From Shigella phage SP21535, in the sequence record PQ615101: DNA of 64,000 nt; one strand, 5' to 3'. Of the stretch, positions 18,990 to 28,929 are shown in pieces. The notes below the pieces were generated by a model, which saw only the letters and a list, made by a program, of their open reading frames with translations, searched no databases and was not told the DNA's origin. Position 1 is the stretch's first letter, and every line of letters begins with the position of its first letter. A program made the translations under genes and the position numbers.

Positions 18990-19571
18990 ATGGCGAGTTT
19001 AATTTTTACTTATGCAGCAATGAATGCTGGAAAATCTGCTTCTCTTTTGACTGCTGCGCATAATTATAAAGAACGCGGAATGGGTGTATTAGTTCTTAAA
19101 CCTGCTATTGATACTCGCGATTCTGTCTGTGAAGTCGTTTCTCGCATTGGAATTAAGCAGGAAGCAAATATTATTACAGATGATATGGATATTTTCGAGT
19201 TCTATAAATGGGCTGAAGCACAAAAAGATATTCATTGCGTATTTGTAGATGAAGCCCAGTTTTTAAAAACTGAACAGGTGCATCAATTGAGCCGAATTGT
19301 TGATACATATAATGTTCCTGTTATGGCCTATGGTCTAAGGACTGATTTCGCCGGAAAATTATTTGAAGGTTCTAAAGAACTTTTGGCGATTGCAGATAAA
19401 CTTATTGAACTAAAGGCAGTTTGTCATTGTGGTAAAAAAGCTATTATGACAGCTCGATTAATGGAAGATGGAACACCCGTTAAAGAAGGTAATCAAATCT
19501 GTATTGGTGATGAAATTTATGTTTCTTTGTGTAGAAAACATTGGAATGAATTAACTAAAAAGCTCGGTTAG
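18990..19571 (+). CDS. tk: thymidine kinase
   Basis: 193 aa (T4 Tk is 193 aa); P-loop NAGKSAS; zinc-ribbon cysteines near C-terminus. Confidence 0.9.
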   Translation: MASLIFTYAAMNAGKSASLLTAAHNYKERGMGVLVLKPAIDTRDSVCEVVSRIGIKQEANIITDDMDIFEFYKWAEAQKDIHCVFVDEAQFLKTEQVHQLSRIVDTYNVPVMAYGLRTDFAGKLFEGSKELLAIADKLIELKAVCHCGKKAIMTARLMEDGTPVKEGNQICIGDEIYVSLCRKHWNELTKKLG

Positions 19572-19613
19572 TGCAAAAGTTATAAATAGGTTTATCTAAC
19601 TAAAGGGGTATAT

Positions 19614-19826
19614 ATGCTACAATTAACTGAAAAGCAACTTCGCAATCTTACTGTTCTTCAATTAGATGAAATTCGTAGGGAAGTTGGAAATATCATTTCA
19701 GCTTTGCGTCGAGAAGTATCACTCAACCAATCTCCGGCAGACTATACTAGATTGCGAAATTTTGAAAAATACCTTGATAAAGTTAAGGCCGTGCATCGGC
19801 ATAAAGTAAATACAGGACAAAAATGA
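19614..19826 (+). CDS. hypothetical protein
   Basis: 70 aa ORF behind GGGG SD. Confidence 0.5.
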
Positions 19827-19838
19827 TAGGAGGCCTTT

Positions 19839-20132
19839 ATGGCCTTAAAAGCAACGGCACTATTTGCCATGCTAGGATTAGCGTTTGCTTTATCTCCACC
19901 GATTGAAGCGAATGTCGATCCTCATTTTGATAAATTTATGGAATCTGGTATTAGACACGTTTATATGCTTTTTGAAAACAAAAGCGTAGAATCATCTGAA
20001 CAGTTCTATAGTTTTATGCGAACGACTTATAAAAATGACCCGTGCTCTTCCGATTTTGAATGTATAGAGCGAGGCGCGGAGATGGCACAATCATACGCTA
20101 GAATTATGAACATTAAATTGGAGACTGAATGA
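19839..20132 (+). CDS. rI: lysis inhibition regulator RI
   Basis: 97 aa with signal-anchor MALKATALFAMLGLAFALS; near-identical to T4 RI as I recall it. Confidence 0.85.
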   Translation: MALKATALFAMLGLAFALSPPIEANVDPHFDKFMESGIRHVYMLFENKSVESSEQFYSFMRTTYKNDPCSSDFECIERGAEMAQSYARIMNIKLETE

Positions 20133-20515
20133 AATTCAGCGACTTTTCACAAAGTGGAAAACCTTCAAAGGCAGATGAATACTTAGGTTTATTAATGGCT
20201 GCACAAGCTTATTTTCATTCTGCACATTTTGAAACTAAAAATTATGCTAGACACAAAGCATACGATTTTATTTTCTCCGAGTTGCCAGATTTGATTGATA
20301 AATTTGGTGAGCAATATTTGGGGTATTCTGGTAGAAAATACACGCCGTCAATTCCGGATGCCAGTAAACTTCCTACCGACACAATTAAAATGATTGATCG
20401 TATACTAGACCAATCTAACAGCATTTATAAAGAAATGCCTCCAGCCATTCAAAGCACGATAGATGATATTACTGGAATGTTTTACCAGAGCAAGTATCTT
20501 CTTTCCCTCGAATAA
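20129..20515 (+). CDS. hypothetical protein
   Basis: 128 aa ORF coupled to rI. Confidence 0.55.
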
Positions 20516-20519
20516 CATT

Positions 20520-20542
20520 AGTCTCCTTCGGGAGACTTTTTT
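20520..20542 (+). terminator. rho-independent terminator
   Basis: AGTCTCC-TTCG-GGAGACT followed by TTTTTT. Confidence 0.8.
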
Positions 20543-20552
20543 CATTTTACCG

Positions 20553-20591
20553 GTTTACTTTCCGTTTGAGCTGTGGTACTATACAACTATC
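20553..20591 (+). promoter_or_regulatory. early promoter module (TGGTACTATACAACTATC family)
   Basis: GTTTAC, 15 nt, TGGTACTAT; downstream identical to other family members. Confidence 0.6.
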
Positions 20592-20610
20592 GGATAAAGA
20601 GGAGAACATC

Positions 20611-20799
20611 ATGAAAATTGAAGCACTTAATCAAGAAGGAAATATCTACGTCATCATTAATGGTGATTTTTTCGTCGACATGGATGAAGTTACCAGTGAA
20701 GAACTTGTAGAACTTCTTAAGAAACGTTATAATATGTGTGATGAAGTTGCAACTCACATGGCGTGTGCAATATTCTCTCTTTCATATGTGGTGGAATAA
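20611..20799 (+). CDS. small hypothetical protein
   Basis: Track ORF 20566..20799; ATG 20611 behind GAGGAG; 62 aa. Confidence 0.5.
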
Positions 20800-20981
20800 T
20801 GATTAGTATCGAACAAGCAGATAAAATCAAGGAATTAGTGGCTTTAATTCGTAAAGCAGATGAGGAACGCATTAACTTTGCCTTATCAGGTATTGAAGAA
20901 TTTGAAGATAAAGTTAACAATGCTGTAGAAGCGTTAGATATGTTTCTTGATGAAATTATCGATCATAATACGAGAGTTTAA
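20799..20981 (+). CDS. small helical protein, paralogue family
   Basis: 60 aa [20 protein letters not shown]..; ATG behind GGTGGA. Confidence 0.5.
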   Translation: MISIEQADKIKELVALIRKADEERINFALSGIEEFEDKVNNAVEALDMFLDEIIDHNTRV

Positions 20982-20983
20982 GT

Positions 20984-21178
20984 ATGCTAACACGCGAACA
21001 GTTTGAAAAAATCATTAAATTAGCACGTGATATTGAAATAGATTCATATCAATTAGCAGTTGAGCATTGTGAAGGATATTCATACGACGGTATAGAAGCA
21101 GCTAAAAGGGATTTGGATAAATCCAAAGCTAAGTTAGTTCAATATCTTGAAATGATTAGGTGGAATAATGAAAACTGA
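20984..21178 (+). CDS. small helical protein, paralogue family
   Basis: 64 aa MLTREQFEKIIKLARDIE.. Confidence 0.5.
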   Translation: MLTREQFEKIIKLARDIEIDSYQLAVEHCEGYSYDGIEAAKRDLDKSKAKLVQYLEMIRWNNEN

Positions 21179-21341
21179 AAAGCAGATGTTTTTAATGAAG
21201 CTAATTGAAGAATATGCTAATGCAGTTTCTGACTATGAGTGTTCTTCTCGGGAAAGAGGTATAGCTTTCGCAAAGGAAGAAATGAAAATCATGGTTGATG
21301 CTCACACAAAGCTTCAGAATTTTATTGAAAACGTCATTTAA
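21168..21341 (+). CDS. small helical protein, paralogue family
   Basis: 57 aa by manual translation MKTEKQMFLMKLIEEYANAV..; below ORF-track size cutoff. Confidence 0.45.
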   Translation: MKTEKQMFLMKLIEEYANAVSDYECSSRERGIAFAKEEMKIMVDAHTKLQNFIENVI

Positions 21342-21343
21342 TG

Positions 21344-21374
21344 GTTTACAAGTTGGCAAGGTTATGGTATAGTA
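21344..21374 (+). promoter_or_regulatory. early promoter
   Basis: GTTTAC, 15 nt, TGGTATAGT; imperfect inverted repeat CAAGGTTA / TAATCTTG around -10. Confidence 0.55.
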
Positions 21375-21505
21375 ATCTTGTCAACTGCCAAGGAGAAGAG
21401 AATGAAAATTTTGTTTGTTGTGTATGTGATGATTCAATATAATTACCCAATGTTTACTTATAATCTAGTGAACAACATTATTGATATTATTCAGAGGAGT
21501 ATGTA

Positions 21506-21691
21506 ATGACAAGTGAGCAGGCTTTTAAATTAAGAGAATTAATTGAGATGTATAGTAAAGCTGTTCATACATCAACAATTATTGATGAATCAGCTTTCTC
21601 CGGACATGCTAACAAGATTAAATACAAAACTCTTATGGAAGAAGCTAAAGTAAATCTTGATTCTTATATTGAAACTTTAATTGGTGAATAA
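21506..21691 (+). CDS. small helical protein, paralogue family
   Basis: 61 aa MTSEQAFKLRELIEMYSKAV.. Confidence 0.5.
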   Translation: MTSEQAFKLRELIEMYSKAVHTSTIIDESAFSGHANKIKYKTLMEEAKVNLDSYIETLIGE

Positions 21692-21692
21692 C

Positions 21693-21959
21693 ATGGGCTT
21701 TCCTAAATTAGAAGTAGGTGATTTAGTTTTAACAAAATTATGGAATGGTGTTCAATCAGTAGAAATCTGCCAATATCGTGGAGCAACAGGTAATTTGATG
21801 TACACGATTTATAATCCAGAAATTTTGTTAGAGTGTCATTTGGAACGCTTTATAAAAGACACCGATAGTATGCCTTATAGTGTATCAATTGTACGTAAAT
21901 CTGATACAAAGGAATATTCTAAAATTTTAGAACAAATTCGTGCCAATAAAAAGGATTAA
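21693..21959 (+). CDS. hypothetical protein
   Basis: Track ORF 21681..21959; ATG 21693; 88 aa. Confidence 0.5.
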   Translation: MGFPKLEVGDLVLTKLWNGVQSVEICQYRGATGNLMYTIYNPEILLECHLERFIKDTDSMPYSVSIVRKSDTKEYSKILEQIRANKKD

Positions 21960-21960
21960 T

Positions 21961-22500
21961 ATGAAACGATTAGTATTAGAAGTTAGTTCACTTTTTGGTG
22001 AATTGGCTATAGAAAAAGTAAATAATATGTATCGTTTGACGCAAGAAGATGATATGCTATATTTTACGCCTAGTGAAATCATTCATTTAACCCAAATTGA
22101 AAATCCTTATACTGATAAAATTGTAAGCATTAATGATGAGCATAAAATTCATTTTTATTCTTCATGCCCAGGATTTAATATTGAAAGCGAGTCAATATGC
22201 TTATCAGTTATCCATTGGGATAGTTTTATAGATAAGATTAAATATTTTTATTATTCTAATGAAAGAAAACATAGTTTAAAATGGCTTAAAAATTGCAATG
22301 CTATTATTACTAACGCTTGTGATCAGTGCGATCAGAATGATGAAACTGATACTTATATGTGTGTTTTAAAAGCTGGTGGTGACCGTCATCCGGATTTTAT
22401 TTCTATTCGTCAAAACAATGGAGAAATTTCATTATCAAAATCAGAAGCTGAAGCTATGATTAAGTATTTAACAACTGTTACACCTTCAATGAAAGGATGA
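21961..22500 (+). CDS. hypothetical protein
   Basis: Track ORF 21940..22500; ATG 21961 behind AAGGA; 179 aa. Confidence 0.5.
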   Translation: MKRLVLEVSSLFGELAIEKVNNMYRLTQEDDMLYFTPSEIIHLTQIENPYTDKIVSINDEHKIHFYSSCPGFNIESESICLSVIHWDSFIDKIKYFYYSNERKHSLKWLKNCNAIITNACDQCDQNDETDTYMCVLKAGGDRHPDFISIRQNNGEISLSKSEAEAMIKYLTTVTPSMKG

Positions 22501-22982
22501 TTATAATTATGATTATTAATGAAAACTCTTGGCACTATAAAATTTACTCGGCATTTAATAGCACATGGAATCGTCCAAAAACGTTATGTGCTTATTTTTG
22601 GAAAACGTTTCTCCCGGTATTAGCTGTTTCAATTGTTGGATTTGCAACTTTAGCAGGTGCCGCAATAATTGGCCAAGAAATTTTAATTAAATTCTTTGTC
22701 TTTAGTAGTCTATGGACATTAGTTCCGGCTTCAATTGGTATAGGCATTTTAGCATTATCGGTTATGGTTCTTATTGCTGTCGGGGCGGTAATTGGTCCTT
22801 CCTGGTTGTTAGACAAATATAACGACCGAAAGCTCAATAAAGAAATTGAGTTCATTGTACAAAACGAAGAACGAATCAAAAATGGACTTGAGCCTATTCA
22901 ACCCAAGAAATCGATTATCGTTGAATTTTTAAAAGCTCGTAAAGCTAAAGTATGTCCTGTTATTGAATATAAGGCTGAATGA
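22497..22982 (+). CDS. membrane protein
   Basis: 161 aa with multiple hydrophobic helices. Confidence 0.55.
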   Translation: MIIIMIINENSWHYKIYSAFNSTWNRPKTLCAYFWKTFLPVLAVSIVGFATLAGAAIIGQEILIKFFVFSSLWTLVPASIGIGILALSVMVLIAVGAVIGPSWLLDKYNDRKLNKEIEFIVQNEERIKNGLEPIQPKKSIIVEFLKARKAKVCPVIEYKAE

Positions 22983-23992
22983 TGAAAACAGTAATGAAAA
23001 GTTATTTTGGTAGTCATCTTTATGGAACTTCTACCCCAGAATCTGATGTAGATTTTAAAGAAATCTTTGTTCCTCCTGCTCGCGATATTCTTATTGGAAA
23101 TGTTAAAGAGCACATGAGTAAAAACACTAACAACACATCATCTAAAAACACTAAAGATGATATTGACCACGAATTGTATAGTCTTAAGTATTTCTTTAAA
23201 TTAGCAGCAGATGGTGAAACTGTAGCATTAGATATGCTTCACACTCCACCTGAGCTAGTGGTTAAATCTGATTTGCCTGATGTGTGGAAGTTTATTCAAG
23301 ACAACCGTTCTCGTTTTTATACGACTAACATGAAATCCTATTTAGGATATGTCCGTAAGCAAGCTTCTAAATACGGTGTCAAGGGTTCTCGTTTGGCCGC
23401 ATTACGTGATGTATTGAAAGTAGTTAATCAAATCCCTGACCAGTGGGTCGACTATCAAGAAGGAATCCCTGATAGACTTCGTCGCACTAAAGTTGAAGAT
23501 ATTAAGCATCGTCTTCCAGAAAACGAGTTCTGTGAATGGGTGTTCCATAATTATGAGAAAACAGGCCCGCAAATGTTCTACACTGTGTTGGGTCGTAAAT
23601 ATCAGACAACGCTTTCTCTTATTGAGCTTAAGCAGTCACTGAACAAATTAGATGCTGAATATGGTGAACGTGCCCGTAAGGCCGAAGCCAACGAAGGTAT
23701 TGACTGGAAAGCTCTGAGCCATGCTTGTCGTGGTGGACTTCAACTATTGGAAATTTACAAAACTGGTGACTTGGTTTATCCACTTCAAGACGCTCCATTT
23801 ATTCTTGACGTGAAGTTGGGTAAACATCCATTTAAAACGGTTCAAGAGTTTTTGGAAGATGTGGTCGATCAAGTAGAAGCAGCATCTACTGAAGCTTCTA
23901 AGAACGGTATGCCTAAAACAGTAGACATGAGTTTCTGGGATGACTTCCTTGAGAAGGTCTATCTTGAAAACCACCGAAGTTATTATAAATGA
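22979..23992 (+). CDS. predicted nucleotidyltransferase (Pol-beta superfamily-like)
   Basis: 337 aa; N-terminal FGSHLYGTSTPESDVDF fits the NTase signature hG[GS]x9-13[DE]h[DE]h. Confidence 0.5.
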   Translation: MMKTVMKSYFGSHLYGTSTPESDVDFKEIFVPPARDILIGNVKEHMSKNTNNTSSKNTKDDIDHELYSLKYFFKLAADGETVALDMLHTPPELVVKSDLPDVWKFIQDNRSRFYTTNMKSYLGYVRKQASKYGVKGSRLAALRDVLKVVNQIPDQWVDYQEGIPDRLRRTKVEDIKHRLPENEFCEWVFHNYEKTGPQMFYTVLGRKYQTTLSLIELKQSLNKLDAEYGERARKAEANEGIDWKALSHACRGGLQLLEIYKTGDLVYPLQDAPFILDVKLGKHPFKTVQEFLEDVVDQVEAASTEASKNGMPKTVDMSFWDDFLEKVYLENHRSYYK

Positions 23993-24057
23993 TAGGGAGC
24001 CTTCGGGCTTATGGTACTATACAACTATCAAAACAAACACTTAAACGGAAAAACAAA

Positions 24058-24207
24058 ATGAAAATTACACCAATTGAAGTAAAAAAGTTGATTGATACAG
24101 AAGAAATTTCAGAGTGTTTTGAAAGTTTCTTAGAAGATGCAACTGAAGATAATGCAGTTTATCTCGCTCAGAAAATTATCGAAACTTATTTGGAGAAGAA
24201 TCAATGA
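24058..24207 (+). CDS. small hypothetical protein
   Basis: Track ORF 23989..24207; first ATG after the promoter at 24058; 49 aa. Confidence 0.4.
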   Translation: MKITPIEVKKLIDTEEISECFESFLEDATEDNAVYLAQKIIETYLEKNQ

Positions 24208-24467
24208 CAGTTTACGTAGATGTTTTAATGAATCATGGATGGAAACTTCGCGGTCATCCAACTAAAAATTGTCATATGTTCACTGATGGAGATATTGAAG
24301 AGCTTCACGAAATGGCAGAAGCAATAGGAATGAAACGTTCTTGGTTTCAAGATAAACGCATTAAACATTATGACTTACACGCTCGGCGACGCCAAAAAGC
24401 TGTAGAACTTGGAGCTGTAGAAGTATCTCGTCGCGAAGCAGTAAAAATTTGGCAAACATTAAAATAA
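24204..24467 (+). CDS. hypothetical protein
   Basis: 87 aa ORF. Confidence 0.5.
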   Translation: MTVYVDVLMNHGWKLRGHPTKNCHMFTDGDIEELHEMAEAIGMKRSWFQDKRIKHYDLHARRRQKAVELGAVEVSRREAVKIWQTLK

Positions 24468-24470
24468 ATT

Positions 24471-24501
24471 GTTTACAGCAGGGTAGTAGTGTGATACTAT
24501 T
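24471..24501 (+). promoter_or_regulatory. early promoter with -10 in inverted repeat
   Basis: GTTTAC..AGGGTAGTAG TGTGATAC TATTACCCT. Confidence 0.55.
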
Positions 24502-24536
24502 ACCCTATCAAAACAAATGTAAAATTGGAGAATAAA

Positions 24537-25505
24537 ATGAAAACTGTAACTATCAATAAGGGTATCTACTTCGGTAAAGAAATCTCTGGAACTTTTGAGC
24601 TCTTAGGCGAATGGTTCCCAGATAATGCTCCGGTAGATGTACAAGGAGATGGTAAAGTTTTTGTTGAAATTGACGGTAAACGTCGCGGTGTTTGGGTTTA
24701 CAAATCAGACATTTCATATGATGGTGTAAAAGTTGAAGAAGTTAAAGAATCGTATGAAGATATGAAAACCCGCATTAATAAAAGATTTAATGTTATGGGA
24801 ATGATGACGAATGGTATTATTAATGGAAACATTCGTTCATTAATTATCTCTGGTGCGGCGGGTATTGGTAAAACGTATTCTTTAGATAAAGCTTTGAATA
24901 AAGCAAATGATAATGGATACATTGAATATAAAAGCATTAACGGTAAAATCTCTGGTATTGGTCTTTATGAGCAGCTTTGGAATAATCGTGAAGAGAATTC
25001 TGTCCTTTTGATTGATGATGTGGATGTTTTCTCTGATATGGACATTCTTAATCTTCTAAAAGCCGCTCTGGACACTGGAGAGACCCGTAAAGTCTGCTGG
25101 AGCACTGCATCTTCTTACTTAGAAGAAAAAGGCATTGAGCGTGAGTTTGAATTTAAAGGAACGATTGTTTTTATCACAAACGTTGACATTGACCGCGAAT
25201 TAGACCGTGGTACTAAACTTGCTCCACATTTACAAGCATTAGTATCCCGCTCAGTTTATTTGGATTTGGGTGTTCACACTAATGAAGAAATTATGGTCAG
25301 GGTTGAAGATGTTATTCTTTCAACCGACATGATGCAAAAGCGCGGTCTTTCTGATGAAGAAACTTATAAAGCATTATCATGGATGAAAGTCAATGTTAAT
25401 CGTTTACGCAATGTTTCACTGCGTACTGCACTTTATCTTGCTGACTTTATTATGACCGACAAAAACGGTTGGCAAGAAATTGCTGAGGTTACTCTTCTGA
25501 AATAA
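24537..25505 (+). CDS. AAA-type P-loop ATPase
   Basis: Walker A GAAGIGKT and Walker B LLIDDVD; track ORF 24525..25505 (TTG), ATG 24537 behind GGAG. Confidence 0.6.
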   Translation: MKTVTINKGIYFGKEISGTFELLGEWFPDNAPVDVQGDGKVFVEIDGKRRGVWVYKSDISYDGVKVEEVKESYEDMKTRINKRFNVMGMMTNGIINGNIRSLIISGAAGIGKTYSLDKALNKANDNGYIEYKSINGKISGIGLYEQLWNNREENSVLLIDDVDVFSDMDILNLLKAALDTGETRKVCWSTASSYLEEKGIEREFEFKGTIVFITNVDIDRELDRGTKLAPHLQALVSRSVYLDLGVHTNEEIMVRVEDVILSTDMMQKRGLSDEETYKALSWMKVNVNRLRNVSLRTALYLADFIMTDKNGWQEIAEVTLLK

Positions 25506-25607
25506 TTCATAAGAGGACTTCTATGACAAAAAAGGCAGTTCAGAAATAGATTATATGGACTGCCATTAAAAAGATGACTAGAATTAAACTGGTAAATGGA
25601 GGTAGTG

Positions 25608-25910
25608 ATGTTATACTCAAAGGCTCGTGAAATTTACGAAACTAAGATTAAAGAAGCTGTATTTCAATTCGCAACGACAATGCGATGGACAAATGACTGG
25701 GAGTATTCAAAAAATCATAAGAAGCCCATGGTGACAAGAAAGGCTCATATGTTAGTGTTAATAGACCGTGAGCAGATTAAAGCCCGAGAAGCCCTCCAGA
25801 ATCATAAAAAGGCTGCCTTTGAATGGTTTATGGATAACACTGCTCCTGAGACTAAGAAAGCAGTGAGCGCATGGTTCAGTGGAAAAAAATGTGAAAGAAG
25901 TTTCTTTTAG
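25608..25910 (+). CDS. hypothetical protein
   Basis: Track ORF 25596..25910; ATG 25608 has GGAGG SD; 100 aa. Confidence 0.5.
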   Translation: MLYSKAREIYETKIKEAVFQFATTMRWTNDWEYSKNHKKPMVTRKAHMLVLIDREQIKAREALQNHKKAAFEWFMDNTAPETKKAVSAWFSGKKCERSFF

Positions 25911-25912
25911 TG

Positions 25913-25951
25913 GTTTACAAGACTGTTCCTCTGTGGTACTATACAACTATC
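25913..25951 (+). promoter_or_regulatory. early promoter module (TGGTACTATACAACTATC family)
   Basis: GTTTAC, 15 nt, TGGTACTATACAACTATC. Confidence 0.6.
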
Positions 25952-25970
25952 AACTACGGAGGAACAGAAA

Positions 25971-26498
25971 ATGAACGCTAAAGATATTTTCAACCTGGTA
26001 AATTACAACGATGGTAAATTTAAATCAGAAGCACAAAGCAAGTTCTTTAATGACATCTCAATCGAAGGTGAAATCACGGTTGACGGAGGACAAATTTATA
26101 AATCCCGTTGGAATTGGATCGTTATTATCGATGAGATTGGTATTGTAGAAATTTACAAGAATACGAATAAAAATCGTACATTACACTGGTCTCGTGATAC
26201 TAACGAACAGTACAAAAAGGATAAAGCATCTAAATTATCTCGTGTAACTCAAGAAGATATTGAGTTCATCAAGAAAGATATTTTGATGTATGATAACTTA
26301 ATTGCTGAAGAGCAAGCTGTTATTGATAAATTTGACGAGATTAAAGCTTCTCATGAAATTCCTGATTTTATGAAAGAATCAGTAAATGAACGATACACTC
26401 TCATTTCAGAGCGTATTGAAACTTACAAAAAGCAAAGAGCTGAACGCCAGAACACTCTTCGGAAATTTGAAGAACGGTTAAAGACGGTACTCGCATAA
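25971..26498 (+). CDS. hypothetical protein
   Basis: 175 aa ORF behind GGAGG SD. Confidence 0.55.
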   Translation: MNAKDIFNLVNYNDGKFKSEAQSKFFNDISIEGEITVDGGQIYKSRWNWIVIIDEIGIVEIYKNTNKNRTLHWSRDTNEQYKKDKASKLSRVTQEDIEFIKKDILMYDNLIAEEQAVIDKFDEIKASHEIPDFMKESVNERYTLISERIETYKKQRAERQNTLRKFEERLKTVLA

Positions 26499-26553
26499 CC
26501 GCTTTATACCAAGGATGGTATAATGGTTCTAAGCCCTTTTAATTGAGATTATT

Positions 26554-26961
26554 ATGAAACAGTTGATAATTAAAAGATTGAATTTATTGATATGTTGTTT
26601 ATGTATAGCAATTGCATACGGTTATTACGCAATTAATGATTATATGCATTATAAAGATTATGATGTTACTGTAGTTAATACCATTACAGGAACACAAGGA
26701 AAAGGGTCTAGTTTATCGTTTATTGCTGTATATGAACTCAAAGACGGTTATAGATTTAGTGAATATATTTCCCCAGAGATGTATTCTTCAATAGAAAAAG
26801 GTGATAATATTACTGTAAGTTTACGTCCTTTCGACGTAAAACAGACACTGTTTGATAATATTGTTTGGTTCTTTGGGATGGTATTAGTTCAATCTGTGTG
26901 CGGTGCTTATGTAGTCTGTTCAATCATATTCTGTGTATTTAGTAAAATTGAAATTGAGTGA
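26554..26961 (+). CDS. membrane protein
   Basis: 135 aa with N- and C-terminal hydrophobic helices. Confidence 0.55.
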   Translation: MKQLIIKRLNLLICCLCIAIAYGYYAINDYMHYKDYDVTVVNTITGTQGKGSSLSFIAVYELKDGYRFSEYISPEMYSSIEKGDNITVSLRPFDVKQTLFDNIVWFFGMVLVQSVCGAYVVCSIIFCVFSKIEIE

Positions 26962-26968
26962 GGAAAAT

Positions 26969-27856
26969 ATGTCAGTAGCAATTAATAATGTCAATGCAGT
27001 AATTAAATCTTTAGTTAATAAAAAATCAAATGAATGGACTGTACTTCGCCGTGGAGAGCCAGATAAATTTTTTCATAGATTTAACCCAACTTTGGATTTG
27101 AATGTTATCGACAAAGATGTTCATGCTGAAATTTTAGATAAATTTAAAGTTGATATTGGATTTGGATTAGAAAAACATTTACAGCGACCAAACGGGTCTG
27201 GAATGCTTTTATCTAAACGCATTATGAAAGCCCTTAATAAAATTGGAGCGTTGTCTCGTATTAATGCGAGCGAAATCCTTCGTAATTATAATAAAGGATA
27301 TGACCTTTACGGTCGACTAATGCCAAAATTATCATTCGATCAAATGATTGCGGATTTGTGGGAAAATCAACGACGATTATTAGCATTAGGCGCTCGATTA
27401 GCTAAAGGTCTAGATAAACAAATGATTTTTAAGACCAATAATACAGAAGACCTTAAATGCTTTAAATTTAGTATTCGCGGAGATGATTATTACATCAGAG
27501 CTCGCTCTACAGATTATGTTAATATGGGGCATCATCTCTGTTTAGCTTTTGAAGTTTTAAAAGAAGCTGGAACATTAGAATATTCATCTGGTGCAAAATG
27601 CCCTATTGGTTCAAGTTGTATTTTAATTTATCGCCCGAATGAATCCAGTTCAACTACATTGCCTACAAAACCTGTACCGGTTCGTAGTAATGAAAAACAT
27701 TCTGAACAAATTGATTATTTTAATAAGCAAATTGAAGAACTGAATATTTCTATTCAACAATATGATGATGAAATTTTCAGACTATCTGGATTGAGTAGTA
27801 AAGCTAAATCTGAGCGTGAAAAGTTAATTAAAATTGTTGATTTACTTAAATCTTAA
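26969..27856 (+). CDS. hypothetical protein with C-terminal coiled coil
   Basis: Track ORF 26933..27856; ATG 26969 behind GAGG; Pro/Lys linker then coiled coil. Confidence 0.55.
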   Translation: MSVAINNVNAVIKSLVNKKSNEWTVLRRGEPDKFFHRFNPTLDLNVIDKDVHAEILDKFKVDIGFGLEKHLQRPNGSGMLLSKRIMKALNKIGALSRINASEILRNYNKGYDLYGRLMPKLSFDQMIADLWENQRRLLALGARLAKGLDKQMIFKTNNTEDLKCFKFSIRGDDYYIRARSTDYVNMGHHLCLAFEVLKEAGTLEYSSGAKCPIGSSCILIYRPNESSSTTLPTKPVPVRSNEKHSEQIDYFNKQIEELNISIQQYDDEIFRLSGLSSKAKSEREKLIKIVDLLKS

Positions 27857-27864
27857 GGAACACC

Positions 27865-28872
27865 ATGAAAACTCGTTCTCAAATTGAAGATATGGTTCGT
27901 AATGCCAGTTATACTCGTGATGTTATGACATTTTTGTGTGAAAATAATTTAGACCCTGATAAAGTTAATCGTGTTATTCATCACTTTAAGTATACGAATA
28001 GCAGTGAATGGGTGCGTAATTTTAGTAAAGCGGGATATATTACACAAATGACTGCTCGTGAGCAGCTCACCGATTTCTGTAAAACTATTGATTATAAAAA
28101 TCCTCTATTTGTTCAAGGCGTTGGTCAAAGTAAGGTCGATTTATCATCTGGATTTTTCAATCCAAATCATTATCGTATTGAATGGAGATTTATTGCTCTG
28201 TTCCGTAGACAATTAAAGCAAATTTTATCAACTGCGAGTCGATTAAAAGGTTCTGATATTAACTTAAAGAATCTGAAATTTGATGGTTATACTCTTCAGA
28301 TGGAAGTAAGACCATTAAAAGAAAATAATAGAACTGCACGAATTAGCTTTAAACCTAATACAAAAAATTCTCTTTCAATTTGCGAATGCCTTAAATCACA
28401 GTTGACAGAAGCATTTAAGTATATGGATGTTGTTGCTGCTGTTCAATCTAAGATTTTACCTCGTTTTGAGCGAAATTGGGAACATACAACAACATATGAA
28501 CTTGATATGATCGTTTCATTTAAATACGATTTTTTGAGAAAGGACGAAGTCCCGCAAGAGAAAAAACCTGAACCCCAAACTAATTACTCATCAAACGATC
28601 CTAAATTTTGGATGTATAGTTCAGGTAATAAAGATGCATGGAAATTCAATAAAGTGAATTTTCTTTCTGTTGAAAATCCGAGTCTTAAACCTGTTGAAAA
28701 ATGGTACGCGGATGCGATTGAGAAGTCCCTTAAGGCAGTAGATGATGAACTCGTTAAAGCGACCAATGAAGTGCTAGAAGCTGAAAAGGCGTTAGAACAA
28801 GCTCAGTCAAGGGTTCAAAATCTGACAAAGCAACGTTCTAAACTGAACAATGCACTAAATGCACTGAACTAG
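27865..28872 (+). CDS. hypothetical protein with C-terminal coiled coil
   Basis: 335 aa; same architecture as 26969 and 28930 ORFs. Confidence 0.55.
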   Translation: MKTRSQIEDMVRNASYTRDVMTFLCENNLDPDKVNRVIHHFKYTNSSEWVRNFSKAGYITQMTAREQLTDFCKTIDYKNPLFVQGVGQSKVDLSSGFFNPNHYRIEWRFIALFRRQLKQILSTASRLKGSDINLKNLKFDGYTLQMEVRPLKENNRTARISFKPNTKNSLSICECLKSQLTEAFKYMDVVAAVQSKILPRFERNWEHTTTYELDMIVSFKYDFLRKDEVPQEKKPEPQTNYSSNDPKFWMYSSGNKDAWKFNKVNFLSVENPSLKPVEKWYADAIEKSLKAVDDELVKATNEVLEAEKALEQAQSRVQNLTKQRSKLNNALNALN

Positions 28873-28929
28873 TTTACTTTGCCACAAGGATGTGGTATAA
28901 TGTTCTTACTTTCTACTGAGGAGATTAAT

